Of a stretch of 64,000 bases of DNA, positions 1-8,758 are shown piece after piece. Every line of letters begins with the position of its first letter. Within the stretch, counting starts at the first letter, position 1. The position numbers and the translations under genes were made by a program. Below the pieces are notes generated by a model. The model was not told the DNA's origin. It searched no databases and worked only from the letters and a program-made list of their open reading frames with translations. This stretch comes from a virus, in IMG/VR virus record IMGVR_UViG_3300027985_001729, positions 11,304 to 75,303 of that record; one strand, written 5' to 3'.

Positions 1-1
1 T

Positions 2-292
2 GCCGCTCCGAATGCGTCCGCCATCGTCGCTCTCCGCAAGGCACTCGGACTGTCACAGCAACAGGTCGCAAACCGTGGAGGGATCACCCGGGACGTCGTG
101 ACGACGAACGAGCGCGGGGCACGCAAGCTGACGAGCTTCCCTGCTCGCGTCGGGCTGGCCAAGGGGCTCGGCATCACCCTCGACGAATTCAACGAGCTGG
201 TCGACGGGCAGGTGGAGGTGGAGGTCCTCGCGGACCGTGTACGAACTCGCGAGCCAGCAAACCAGGAATCCGACGTCCAGTCCGTTCGCTGA
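2..292 (+). CDS. XRE-family HTH regulator (Cro/CI-like), 5'-truncated
   Basis: Frame is open from the window start: IVALRKALGLSQQQVANRGGITRDVVTTNERG...LAKGLGITLDE, a typical XRE pattern. Confidence 0.8.
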   Translation, partial: AAPNASAIVALRKALGLSQQQVANRGGITRDVVTTNERGARKLTSFPARVGLAKGLGITLDEFNELVDGQVEVEVLADRVRTREPANQESDVQSVR

Positions 293-1214
293 TCAACAAC
301 GCCTGAGGCGGTCTGCGGCGACGCCGCGACGAGGAGGAGCCTTGCCCAAAGCGTTCGACAAGCTGGTCGCATTTGTCGCCCTGTTCGAGGGACGGATACG
401 GATAGAAGCGGCACGAGGGGCCAAGGTGGGCACGCAGCGCGCTGTGCTGGGAGCGTTGATCGCTCGGGCCAACGAAACAGGAGAGGTGCCGCCTGGGCTC
501 GCACCGCGAACACAGGACATGGTTGCCATGCTCGGGGTGAGCGACAGGAGCGCAAGGGCTGCCATCGCCGCGCTCAGGTCGCAGGGGCTAATCGCCACCG
601 TAGACCGACCTGGCAAGCCGCGAGGGTTCAACCTCTTGCTCACGTTCGACCGTGAGACCCCCTGCAAAAATGATAGCCCTGGCGAATTTGCAGGGGGTCT
701 CACGGATGGATTGGACGAGACACCCCCTGCAAAAATGATAGCCCTTGCAAAAACGCCAGTGGTCAACGGAGTAACCACCTGCAAAAGCGCAACCCCTGGC
801 GAATTTGCAGGGGGTGCAAAAGCGCAACCCCTGGCGAATTTGCAGGGGGTATCCGAAGACGGTGCTTCGGAAGCAAAGAGGAGGTCGGTCGCGAGGACAG
901 TGCTCAGCCCATCGAACGCCGTCGGGTGGGAGATCTGGGAGATCCTCGTTGGGTCCTCGACGATCCGAGCTGCCGAGGACGCAGACCAGAAGCCGAAGCC
1001 TGGGTCATTGGCGCGGATGGCGAAGGGGATCGCGGACAGGATCGCGCGCGGCGACACGAGCCTTGAGACAGCCAAACGGGCGATCGACGCGATCTCCTCG
1101 GAGGTCGGCGCTGAATCTCCGAAACTTCCGACGATGGAAGAGCTTTCCCAGCTTTTTTCACGACATTTGAGAACGATCCGGCGCGGAAACGGGATCGGTC
1201 AGGAGCAGCCATGA
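237..1214 (+). CDS. Winged-helix replication initiator-like protein with internal DNA repeats
   Basis: HTH segment TQDMVAMLGVSDRSARAAIAALRSQGLI followed by iteron-like repeats; ATGA coupling to next ORF; start uncertain. Confidence 0.65.
   Translation: MYELASQQTRNPTSSPFADQQRLRRSAATPRRGGALPKAFDKLVAFVALFEGRIRIEAARGAKVGTQRAVLGALIARANETGEVPPGLAPRTQDMVAMLGVSDRSARAAIAALRSQGLIATVDRPGKPRGFNLLLTFDRETPCKNDSPGEFAGGLTDGLDETPPAKMIALAKTPVVNGVTTCKSATPGEFAGGAKAQPLANLQGVSEDGASEAKRRSVARTVLSPSNAVGWEIWEILVGSSTIRAAEDADQKPKPGSLARMAKGIADRIARGDTSLETAKRAIDAISSEVGAESPKLPTMEELSQLFSRHLRTIRRGNGIGQEQP
650..850. repeat. Iteron-like cluster 1
   Basis: 19-bp perfect inverted repeat (650-668/687-705), 24-bp direct copy (657-680/722-745), 35-bp tandem duplication TGCAAAAGCGCAACCCCTGGCGAATTTGCAGGGGG (780-849). 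Confidence 0.85.
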
Positions 1215-1378
1215 TGGACACGATCGTCAGCGGGTGGACGTGGCGAGCGGACACGCTCGCCGCGGATGGTGAGGTAGGCTTGTTGCAGATCGCCATCTTG
1301 ATCCACGAGAACAGGGGCGAGCTCAACGCTGCCGCCGGTCTCGTATCTGCGCTCATCGCGGCAAGGAGGGGGTCGTGA
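1211..1378 (+). CDS. Small hypothetical protein (55 aa, below the ORF-track cutoff)
   Basis: MMDTIVSGWTWRAD...; ATGA and GTGA overlaps with both neighbours. Confidence 0.6.
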   Translation: MMDTIVSGWTWRADTLAADGEVGLLQIAILIHENRGELNAAAGLVSALIAARRGS

Positions 1379-2868
1379 AGGGGGGCGAGGTGTACAGCAG
1401 AGTGAGCAGGCGCATGTGGTGCGACGAGCGCTTCTGCGGCCTCTCGAGGCCAGAGCCGAGCGCGCGAGAGCTATGGCTCTACCTGCTCACAGGGCCTCGG
1501 TGCAGCCAGATCCCAGGTCTTGTGCATGTGGGGGTCCTTGGCCTCGCCGACGACCTCGACTGGCCCGTCGACGAGACGCGCAGATGCCTCGATGAAATCG
1601 TGGGCGCTGGCATGGCCCACGTCGACCATAAGGCGCGCCTGATCTGGCTCCCCAAGGCCGTGCGCCACAACTGGCCAGCCAACAGTTCGATCGTGCTCGG
1701 ATGGGCTAAATCGTGGCGCATGTTACCAGAGTGCGCCCTTCGCGAAGATGCGGCAGCAGGGATCGAAAGCCTTTTCGCCGAGGTGAACCAGACCATGGCC
1801 GAGGCCTTCCGCGTGGCTCTAGGGCGGGCTCCGTTCGACCGATCCAAGGTCCCCGTGGGGCGAAGGAAGGGGAAGGGCGAGCAAGAACACCATGGAGAAC
1901 ACCGTGTTCAAGACGGTGTTCAACACCGTGTCGAACACCGTGTCGAACACCGTGGGGGGGGTGGTGTGCCACATCAAGAACAAGAACAAGAACAAGAACA
2001 GGAACAAGACCAAGAACAAACAGCGCGCGCGGGCGCGTGTGTTGGGCTTGGTGCGGGAGAGCACCAACGAGAACCAGAAGACATCGTGGCTCTCGTTCGC
2101 GAGTTGTCCGCGAAAGAAGCTGGTTCACCTGACAGCTTCGCGAAGCGCTGCGAAGACCGCCTGGCCAGCGGCAGGAAGCTATCCCCAGCGCAGCGAGAGC
2201 GCCTCCTGAAGATCCTCGACGATCGTCGCAGGCAAGACGTTCCAAAGGCCGAAGCAGACCCCATCGTAGCCAGGGCCTTGGAGCTCTACGGAAAGCTCAG
2301 GGACAGGCGCGTGAAGGGGGAGAAATACGTCTGGACGAGCTCGGATGCTGCGCACGTCGCGAAGCTTGTTACCGAGGCGAAAGGGATCGCCTCTCGCGAA
2401 GAAAGCTCGCCAGCCCCCGAGGACATCGTGGAGCGAGCGATCAGGTCCTACCTCGAAGACCAGGATCAGAAGCTCCGAGATGAACGGTGGCCGCTTGCCT
2501 GGTTGCCATCCAGGATGACCAGATACCCACTGCTAAAAGCCAGAAGAGCTCCAAAGGCGGCAGCAGAGCCACTTCCTACACCTCCCCCGTCGGCTCCACG
2601 ACGCATGCCACCGCGCAACGTGATCGGAATGTTTGGCTCCATCGGGAGGGGTGGCAGCCAAGGACCAAGGCAAGATGGCCCATCGGGGCCATACCGATCC
2701 GCCGAAGAAGAGACAAGAGCGAGGTGGTCCGCCAGCGCCGAACAGGCGAGGGCGCTCGGGATTGACGCTGGACCAGAACCTGATGACCTCGAGGAAATGC
2801 AGGCGAGGCTACCTGGCCTCCAAAAATCATGCTTGCTCGCCATGGAGAGCAGGAGCGCGACAGCGTGA
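1375..2868 (+). CDS. Phage replication initiator / replisome organiser-like protein
   Basis: N-terminal YSRVSRRMWCD...LWLYLLTGP..PGL wHTH-type motif, EHRV and QE repeats, directly upstream of dnaB. Confidence 0.75.
   Translation: MKGGEVYSRVSRRMWCDERFCGLSRPEPSARELWLYLLTGPRCSQIPGLVHVGVLGLADDLDWPVDETRRCLDEIVGAGMAHVDHKARLIWLPKAVRHNWPANSSIVLGWAKSWRMLPECALREDAAAGIESLFAEVNQTMAEAFRVALGRAPFDRSKVPVGRRKGKGEQEHHGEHRVQDGVQHRVEHRVEHRGGGGVPHQEQEQEQEQEQDQEQTARAGACVGLGAGEHQREPEDIVALVRELSAKEAGSPDSFAKRCEDRLASGRKLSPAQRERLLKILDDRRRQDVPKAEADPIVARALELYGKLRDRRVKGEKYVWTSSDAAHVAKLVTEAKGIASREESSPAPEDIVERAIRSYLEDQDQKLRDERWPLAWLPSRMTRYPLLKARRAPKAAAEPLPTPPPSAPRRMPPRNVIGMFGSIGRGGSQGPRQDGPSGPYRSAEEETRARWSASAEQARALGIDAGPEPDDLEEMQARLPGLQKSCLLAMESRSATA
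1885..2022. repeat. Iteron-like cluster 2 plus A-rich tract (probable origin)
   Basis: Six tandem near-palindromic 12-mers, consensus GAACACCGTGT(T/C), at 1885-1956, then CAAGAA repeats at about 1975-2022. Confidence 0.75.
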
Positions 2869-5597
2869 GCCGCAACAGCCACCAAACAAGAGCGCCGAGG
2901 AAGCAAGATCCGCCTCCTGTCGCGGGCCGGGTGCCGCCGCATGACCTGGACGCCGAGGCCGCGGTCCTCTCCGCGATCCTCCTGAGCCGCGACGCGTTGG
3001 ATCGCGTGCTCGAGATCCTCAAGCCCGAGCATTTCTACAGCGACGCGAACGGTCGCATCTACGAGGCGGCCGTGCAGCTATCGAGCACCAGTACGCCGAT
3101 CGATATCGTCTCGGTGGCGTCGTGGCTGCGCGATCGGGAGAAGCTCCAGCAGATCGGCGGCTCGAGCTATCTCGCGCAGCTCGCCGACGCGACACCGGCA
3201 GTGGCGCACGTTGGCGCGCATGCGCAGGTGGTCTTCGAGAAGTGGCGCTTGCGTCAGCTCATCGCGACCTGCCAGCGGATCGCGGCCGAGGGCTACGGCG
3301 ACGTGGGCACGGTGCAGGAGTTCGTCGATCGCGCAGAGCAGGACGTTTACCAACTTGCCCACCGTGACAACAAGAGCAACGTCGTCCATGTGAAGGCAGC
3401 CATCCAGGGAGCGTTCGCGAAGATCAGCGCCGCTGCCGAACGCGGGGATCGGATCACTGGGATCTCTACGGGCTACGATCGATTCGACGCAAAGACCGCT
3501 GGCTTGCACCCGGGCGACCTCACTGTTGTCGCCGCTCGCCCTGGTATGGGAAAGACCTCGTTCGTGCTCAACATGGCGGTGAACGTGGCCACCCCACCGC
3601 TCATGGACAATGGGCACGGTGAGACGGTCTTCGACTTGTCGAAGACCTATCACGGCGTCGTGGTCTTCTCTCTCGAGATGCCGCGCGAGCAGCTTGGTAT
3701 GCGGATGTCGTGCGCGGAAGGCCGCGTCGACGTAGGCAAGGTGCGGCAGGGACAACTCCAGCCAGACGAATGGGACCGCATCACCGAGGCAGCTTCGTAC
3801 CTCTCGAACTTGCCGATCTGGGTCGATGACACGCCGGCGATCACCTTGCTCGAGGTGAGAGCGAAGGTTCGGCGCATCCAAGCAGAATTCGATCGTCCAG
3901 CGACGGAAACGACCCCAGAGCAGAAGATCGGGCTGGTTGTCATCGACTACATCCAGCTCATGAAGGGGCCGGATGGGATCTCGAACAGGGAGCAGGAGAT
4001 CAGCGCGATATCTCGAGGCCTGAAGCAGCTATCGAAAGAACTAGGCGTTCACGTCATTGGTCTGAGCCAGCTCAACCGGGCCGTTGAAACTCGGAGCACA
4101 AAGGACAAGAGGCCTCAGCTATCGGACCTGCGGGAGTGCGTCGCGAGCTCGGAGTGGACCGCCGACCCACGCACAGGGGCGATACTATCGATGGCGGAGC
4201 TCGCGCATACGCGTTCCCCACGAGTTTATGGTCTCAACGGACAGATGCGATCCGTCGGCGCGACGGTGGCCGATGTTTGGTCGACCGGGAGCAAGGACGT
4301 GCTCCGCGTTCGGACACGAACGGGCAGATCCCTGCGCTGCACGCACAACCACCCGCTGCTCACGGTGCAAGGGTGGCGCGCGGCTGGTGAGCTCAAGCTG
4401 GGCGATCACGTGGCGCTTGTGCGCTCGGTTCCCGAGCCAACCAGCCCTCGCAACCAGTACACGGACGACGAACTGAGACTTCTCGGATATCTCGTTTGCG
4501 ACGGCTCGTACTCGAAGTGGCGGTCGGTGTCCTACGTGAAGGGCGACCCCGAGCTCGTGAGCGATATTTCCACGATCGTTGACCAGCGGTTTGAAATCCC
4601 CGTGAAGCCGAAGCCGTGCAAGGGGAAAGCGAAGCAGGTCGAGTTTAGGATGGATCGATCTGGCCCCAACGCGAACGCGCTCATCGAATGGCTGAAAGAG
4701 ATCGGCATCCATGGGCAAAAGACCGAGACGAAGGCTCTGCCGTGGAATGTCTTCGAGAGCGACAACAGAACGCTCGGGGTTCTGCTCGGGGCCACGTGGG
4801 CAGGCGATGGGACCGTGGTCGCGAGAAAGAGCGGGCGAGGTGGTCGGTTGAAGTTCACCAGCGTAAGCACGTCCCTGATCGACCAGGTATCCTGGATGTT
4901 GTCGAGGCTCGGGATCGTGTGGTCGAAGAAGGGACCCTTTCGGAACACAAGGTCGAAGAAGGACCTGTACGAGCTCATTGTCGATGGGCGCGCCGACGTG
5001 GCCAGATTCGCCAAGTTCGTACCTGTGCCAGGATCGAAAGGCAGAAAGCTCAAAAAGATCGTTGAGAGCAGGGGCAGGAAGGACAACACACAGCTCGGCA
5101 GGTTGCCGGTCGAAGTGACGAACGAGCTCGGAAGACGCGCGAAGGAATGTGGCGTTTCGTGGTCACAACTTGGCTACAGGTGCCAGGGCAAAGCGATCGC
5201 TCCTGCTGACCTGCGGAGGTGCGCCGTGGCTCTCGACGCTGAAGAGCTTGCCAAGCTCGCGAGCGATAGCATCCTCTGGGATCCGGTCGTGAGCATCCAG
5301 CCCGACGGCGCGGAGGAGTGCTTCGACGCGCGTGTCCCCGCGACAGGATCGTTCATGGCGAGCGGCTTCTTCGTCCACAACAGCGGGGCGATCGAGCAGG
5401 ATGCTGACATGATCGTCTTCATCTATCGCGACGAGTACTACAACCCCGAGACGACGAACGCGAAGGGGATCGCGGAGCTCATCATCGCCAAGCAGCGTAA
5501 CGGTCCGACGGGCAAGGTCCTGACGCGCTTCACCTCGTCATGTACGCGTTTCGACAACCTGGCGCATGGCGATTATCCAGAGGAAGAAAGCGAATGA
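2865..5597 (+). CDS. dnaB: Replicative DNA helicase DnaB containing an intein
   Basis: PPHDLDAEAAVL, Walker A ARPGMGKTS, FSLEM, IDYIQL, LSQLNR, SGAIEQDAD, IAKQRNGPTG; GTG start overlapping the upstream stop. Confidence 0.97.
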   Translation: MSRNSHQTRAPRKQDPPPVAGRVPPHDLDAEAAVLSAILLSRDALDRVLEILKPEHFYSDANGRIYEAAVQLSSTSTPIDIVSVASWLRDREKLQQIGGSSYLAQLADATPAVAHVGAHAQVVFEKWRLRQLIATCQRIAAEGYGDVGTVQEFVDRAEQDVYQLAHRDNKSNVVHVKAAIQGAFAKISAAAERGDRITGISTGYDRFDAKTAGLHPGDLTVVAARPGMGKTSFVLNMAVNVATPPLMDNGHGETVFDLSKTYHGVVVFSLEMPREQLGMRMSCAEGRVDVGKVRQGQLQPDEWDRITEAASYLSNLPIWVDDTPAITLLEVRAKVRRIQAEFDRPATETTPEQKIGLVVIDYIQLMKGPDGISNREQEISAISRGLKQLSKELGVHVIGLSQLNRAVETRSTKDKRPQLSDLRECVASSEWTADPRTGAILSMAELAHTRSPRVYGLNGQMRSVGATVADVWSTGSKDVLRVRTRTGRSLRCTHNHPLLTVQGWRAAGELKLGDHVALVRSVPEPTSPRNQYTDDELRLLGYLVCDGSYSKWRSVSYVKGDPELVSDISTIVDQRFEIPVKPKPCKGKAKQVEFRMDRSGPNANALIEWLKEIGIHGQKTETKALPWNVFESDNRTLGVLLGATWAGDGTVVARKSGRGGRLKFTSVSTSLIDQVSWMLSRLGIVWSKKGPFRNTRSKKDLYELIVDGRADVARFAKFVPVPGSKGRKLKKIVESRGRKDNTQLGRLPVEVTNELGRRAKECGVSWSQLGYRCQGKAIAPADLRRCAVALDAEELAKLASDSILWDPVVSIQPDGAEECFDARVPATGSFMASGFFVHNSGAIEQDADMIVFIYRDEYYNPETTNAKGIAELIIAKQRNGPTGKVLTRFTSSCTRFDNLAHGDYPEEESE
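4137..5381 (+). mobile_element. Intein (415 aa) with LAGLIDADG homing endonuclease
   Basis: Starts with C1 (CVASSE), block B CTHNHPLL, motifs LLGYLVCDG and LLGATWAGDG, ends FFVHN before Ser+1. Confidence 0.95.
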
Positions 5598-6451
5598 CAC
5601 ACGTTGGAGTACCATCGAACTTCACCCGCGTGATGCGCGCCATGTTCATCGATGCTGGCCCGACGCGATCCGGGTGGGTCGTGCTCGAGACATGGACCGA
5701 TTACCAGAGCACGATCATCTTGCCAACGAGCGGCGGATGGTCTCCTCTTGACCAAGAGGACAGGTGGCTCGGGCCGACCATGGCGAGCGTGTGGAACGAT
5801 GGCGGAGTGGTGGGGATCGAGTACATCGACGGCGGTCTCTACGACCGCAAGCGCTGGCAACAACTGCTCGAGACGGGGAGGGTCGAAGGGGAGATCCGAC
5901 GGATCGCCAAGTCGCGCGGGGGACGCGCGCCAGACCCGATGCCGTTCCGAGAGATGCCAGGGGCGCGACGAGCTTCTCCTCGAATCCTCTTCGCCGTTCC
6001 CGCGTCGAGTTGGCGCCTCCACCTGATGGGACGCAAGGACGCCAAGGACCAGGAGATTGAGGTGGTCGTGCGGCACCTCATCGGGAGGAAGGTCAACCTC
6101 GGCCCGAGACTTGGCGAACAGCACGTCGTTGACGTGCCAGGGCTCGATAGCACCTCAAAGCCACACATATACGACGCAGCAGGTGGTGCGCTCGTGCTCA
6201 CGAGCGTCATGCTCGGCGTCCAACTCATCGTCCCGGATGACGTTCGAGCGGCTCAGGAGCGAGCTCGAGCAGACGCGAGGCAGCGAAAAGCCATCGCGAA
6301 GACGTGCGCCGCGCTTGGGGTGGATCCAAGGCGCGCCAAGCTAGCAAACGGGGAGAGCGCCGTCCCAGAGCGGAGGAAGATGGCCAGAGGGCAGCGGGCA
6401 GGAAAGAGAGCCGTCTCTCAGAACACGAGGGACTTCAGGCGGAAGAAATGA
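5594..6451 (+). CDS. RuvC-like Holliday junction resolvase candidate
   Basis: FIDAGPTRSGWVV, GIEY and HIYDAAGGAL fit the RNase H/RuvC acidic residue pattern; ATGA coupled to dnaB. Confidence 0.6.
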   Translation: MTHVGVPSNFTRVMRAMFIDAGPTRSGWVVLETWTDYQSTIILPTSGGWSPLDQEDRWLGPTMASVWNDGGVVGIEYIDGGLYDRKRWQQLLETGRVEGEIRRIAKSRGGRAPDPMPFREMPGARRASPRILFAVPASSWRLHLMGRKDAKDQEIEVVVRHLIGRKVNLGPRLGEQHVVDVPGLDSTSKPHIYDAAGGALVLTSVMLGVQLIVPDDVRAAQERARADARQRKAIAKTCAALGVDPRRAKLANGESAVPERRKMARGQRAGKRAVSQNTRDFRRKK

Positions 6452-6455
6452 ATCC

Positions 6456-6489
6456 AAAGAAAACGGCGGGCTATTGGAGTAGCCCGCCG
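6456..6489 (-). terminator. Intrinsic terminator
   Basis: 10-bp stem CGGCGGGCTA/TAGCCCGCCG followed by TTTTCTTT on the - strand. Confidence 0.8.
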
Positions 6490-6535
6490 CATTCAGTGAG
6501 ACTGATTGCCGATCAGTTTGATTGAACCCGAACGT
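6456..6535 (-). ncRNA. Candidate ~80-nt small RNA
   Basis: Lies between a sigma70-like promoter (6541-6569) and the terminator; internal hairpin ACTGAT/ATCAGT; no complete ORF within it. Confidence 0.4.
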
Positions 6536-6540
6536 TTGTA

Positions 6541-6569
6541 ATACTGTCCGAGGGGGACTTTTTTGTCAA
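6541..6569 (-). promoter_or_regulatory. Sigma70-like promoter
   Basis: TTGACA-17 nt-CAGTAT on the - strand. Confidence 0.5.
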
Positions 6570-6614
6570 CCGGATTCTGCATGCGACTCTACACGCTGAA
6601 ACAACGAACACCTT

Positions 6615-6941
6615 TCAGCGAAATCTCACGATTGCTGACCCAACGCGGACAAATCGCCCAGCCCGAAGAAGGTCGTCCACGTGCTCGAGCACAACTTCGT
6701 GTGACCACACCGTGTCCACGCCCGGGGTGAGGTCGCCGTTCTTGTCGGCGACAATCGCTGCCAACTCTTCGGGCTCTAGAGGCCCGTCGTCGCGAAGGAT
6801 GTCCGCGATGAAGTCATCGATGGTCGCGTCGTCGCCAGGAGCGCGAGACACGGGTGCAGGAGGGTCAGGGATGGTTCCACTCCAAGAGAACCGTTCTCTC
6901 CTGTGAAGCCGTACCACATCGACGCGCCGATCTTTCAGCAT
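6615..6941 (-). CDS. Hypothetical acidic protein with possible C-terminal winged helix, second gene of the moron
   Basis: GGAG RBS, 13 nt after the upstream stop. Confidence 0.55.
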   Translation of the reverse strand: MLKDRRVDVVRLHRRERFSWSGTIPDPPAPVSRAPGDDATIDDFIADILRDDGPLEPEELAAIVADKNGDLTPGVDTVWSHEVVLEHVDDLLRAGRFVRVGSAIVRFR

Positions 6942-6954
6942 GATCAGGACTCCA

Positions 6955-7626
6955 TCAAATCATCGTGTAAGCTGCCGCATAGCCGGCCCCCTCGGCGACG
7001 AGGAGCACCCGCATGCGCTCTCGAGCCACCGCGGACGAAGCCCTCTTTCCAGCGAAACGGAGCTCCCCCTTGCGTACGTCCATCACCGCCCGCTTCATGG
7101 GCTTGTTGCTCGGCGTCTTGAGGTGTTCCATGAGGGCCACGGTGACGTCGACACGGGCTTGAGAAAGAGGCTCTCCGCGCATGTACAGCTTCACGATGTG
7201 AGGCTCACCCTTGATGACGAGACCAACTTCGGGGTTGATGTGGATCGCCACGCGCTGCTCACGCCCAGATCCGAGGTCGATCGTACCACCAACGGGCCAG
7301 TCCTGCTGAGGTGGGATGAACGTTGTCGGCTCGACCTTTTTCACGAACCTCTTCCACCCCCTGACGATCTCCGGGAAGATGACGATGGCCCTCTTGTCGG
7401 TGATGCTTCCCACGAACTTGTCGAATTCATCGACCCCTTTCTTCCATTGGGACACGTCCACGATGAGCTCACGCACAGGCCTGTAGAAGTCGCTGATGTT
7501 GGTGTCGAGGTGCTCCTTGTGATCCTGCACCTTCGCTACCTTCGTGGCCCCTGAGGCCAGCATCCAATCTACGAAATTCGTCATCGATGCCTGGATCAGC
7601 TCGACGCGGTTTCTGTGGTCGACCAT
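6955..7626 (-). CDS. Basic hypothetical protein, first gene of the moron
   Basis: GGAGG RBS before ATG 7626; globular-looking sequence SMTNFVD..DFYRPVRE..INPEVGL..HIVKLY. Confidence 0.8.
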   Translation of the reverse strand: MVDHRNRVELIQASMTNFVDWMLASGATKVAKVQDHKEHLDTNISDFYRPVRELIVDVSQWKKGVDEFDKFVGSITDKRAIVIFPEIVRGWKRFVKKVEPTTFIPPQQDWPVGGTIDLGSGREQRVAIHINPEVGLVIKGEPHIVKLYMRGEPLSQARVDVTVALMEHLKTPSNKPMKRAVMDVRKGELRFAGKRASSAVARERMRVLLVAEGAGYAAAYTMI

Positions 7627-7650
7627 CGTTTCCTCCAAGTCTATGGAGCC

Positions 7651-7678
7651 AGTATGGATCCGCATACGCTGATGTCAA
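7651..7678 (-). promoter_or_regulatory. Sigma70-like promoter of the moron
   Basis: TTGACA-16 nt-CATACT on the - strand, 25 nt upstream of the start codon. Confidence 0.55.
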
Positions 7679-7796
7679 TACACGGAGGTCATGAGGTGCA
7701 TGGCGACCGATGAGGTTGACGTTTGCTCAGCGATGACCATCATGGGCATGTGGAATGTGACACCGAGCTGGAATATCAAGAACAAGTAGTGATGAC

Positions 7797-8171
7797 ATGG
7801 GGCAAGTGACGATGGCTGTGATGGTTGCTGTTGATGCTGGTGTGGCTCCCGATCATCTTGGCGACGAAGGGTGGAGCGCTTTGTTGTCGGAGTACAAGTA
7901 TGATACTGGGCAGATCCCAGATCGACCTTGCAAAGACATGGACAAGTGGAACCTGATTGGCTTCTTGGTAGCAGTTGGTGGAAGCAAAAAAAATGGCTAC
8001 CCTGGCCTGGACAAGCTATTCCCTCTCGATAACTTCTTGAGCGTCCATGAGTATAATATGTCATGCGTTCGTGCGAAGAATGAATGGGGAAAGTTTTCTG
8101 CGTGGGCTGCGATGAAGGGGTACACGTTCAACAAGCCCGGTCTATGGCTCGTCCAGATAGAAGTTGGGTGA
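7797..8171 (+). CDS. Hypothetical protein (lower GC)
   Basis: Clean ORF, first of three closely spaced + genes. Confidence 0.65.
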   Translation: MGQVTMAVMVAVDAGVAPDHLGDEGWSALLSEYKYDTGQIPDRPCKDMDKWNLIGFLVAVGGSKKNGYPGLDKLFPLDNFLSVHEYNMSCVRAKNEWGKFSAWAAMKGYTFNKPGLWLVQIEVG

Positions 8172-8174
8172 TCA

Positions 8175-8420
8175 ATGCGAATGGAAGGCGAATGCAAAAT
8201 CACGCTGAACGGCGTGGACCGGAAGGTGTCCGAGCTCGACGACGGTGAAGTGTCCGCCGTCCTCGATTCGATCTTCGAGGACGAAGACTTCGTGGTCCTG
8301 TTCTTCGGCGTCGAGCAGGAGCCGACCGAAAACAACAAGGACTTTCTTGGGCGTCTGACGGCGGCATGCGTCAATTTCGTCGGGGTCCCCATGGTCGTCA
8401 CCACCAACGAGGCCGCATGA
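8175..8420 (+). CDS. Hypothetical acidic protein
   Basis: 3 nt after the upstream stop; GC3-rich codons. Confidence 0.65.
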   Translation: MRMEGECKITLNGVDRKVSELDDGEVSAVLDSIFEDEDFVVLFFGVEQEPTENNKDFLGRLTAACVNFVGVPMVVTTNEAA

Positions 8421-8626
8421 AGCTGCTCGCCTCCGTGATCGCTGAGTTGCAATCCGTCACAGGTCCACGCGCAGGGGTGGCGCAGCAAGTGGCCGACTTT
8501 CTCCTCGACGCTGGTTCGGTGTGGCGCTGCGACGAGCACCCGCTGGAGCCACCGCATATTCGGCCGAGCGCGTCGGGGGACGGTGGCTACGATCTTCTGT
8601 GCCTTCGATGTGTCCAGAAAAATTGA
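8417..8626 (+). CDS. Small putative Zn-binding protein
   Basis: ATGA overlap; CDEH...CLRC. Confidence 0.5.
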   Translation: MKLLASVIAELQSVTGPRAGVAQQVADFLLDAGSVWRCDEHPLEPPHIRPSASGDGGYDLLCLRCVQKN

Positions 8627-8758
8627 GGCTCCGACACCTTGAGGCAGATGCCGGAGCCAAGGCAGCCAGGGAGGGTAGCTGCGTGGCGGACACCTACACC
8701 GTTCTGCCGAGGAAGGCAAAATGTTCTGCGCGTGGCGCTTCGCCCACGGCGTACAAAA

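Noticed and set aside
650-850. 35-bp repeats as a CRISPR array
   Set aside because: Copies are adjacent with no unique spacers, lie inside an ORF, and no cas genes are present
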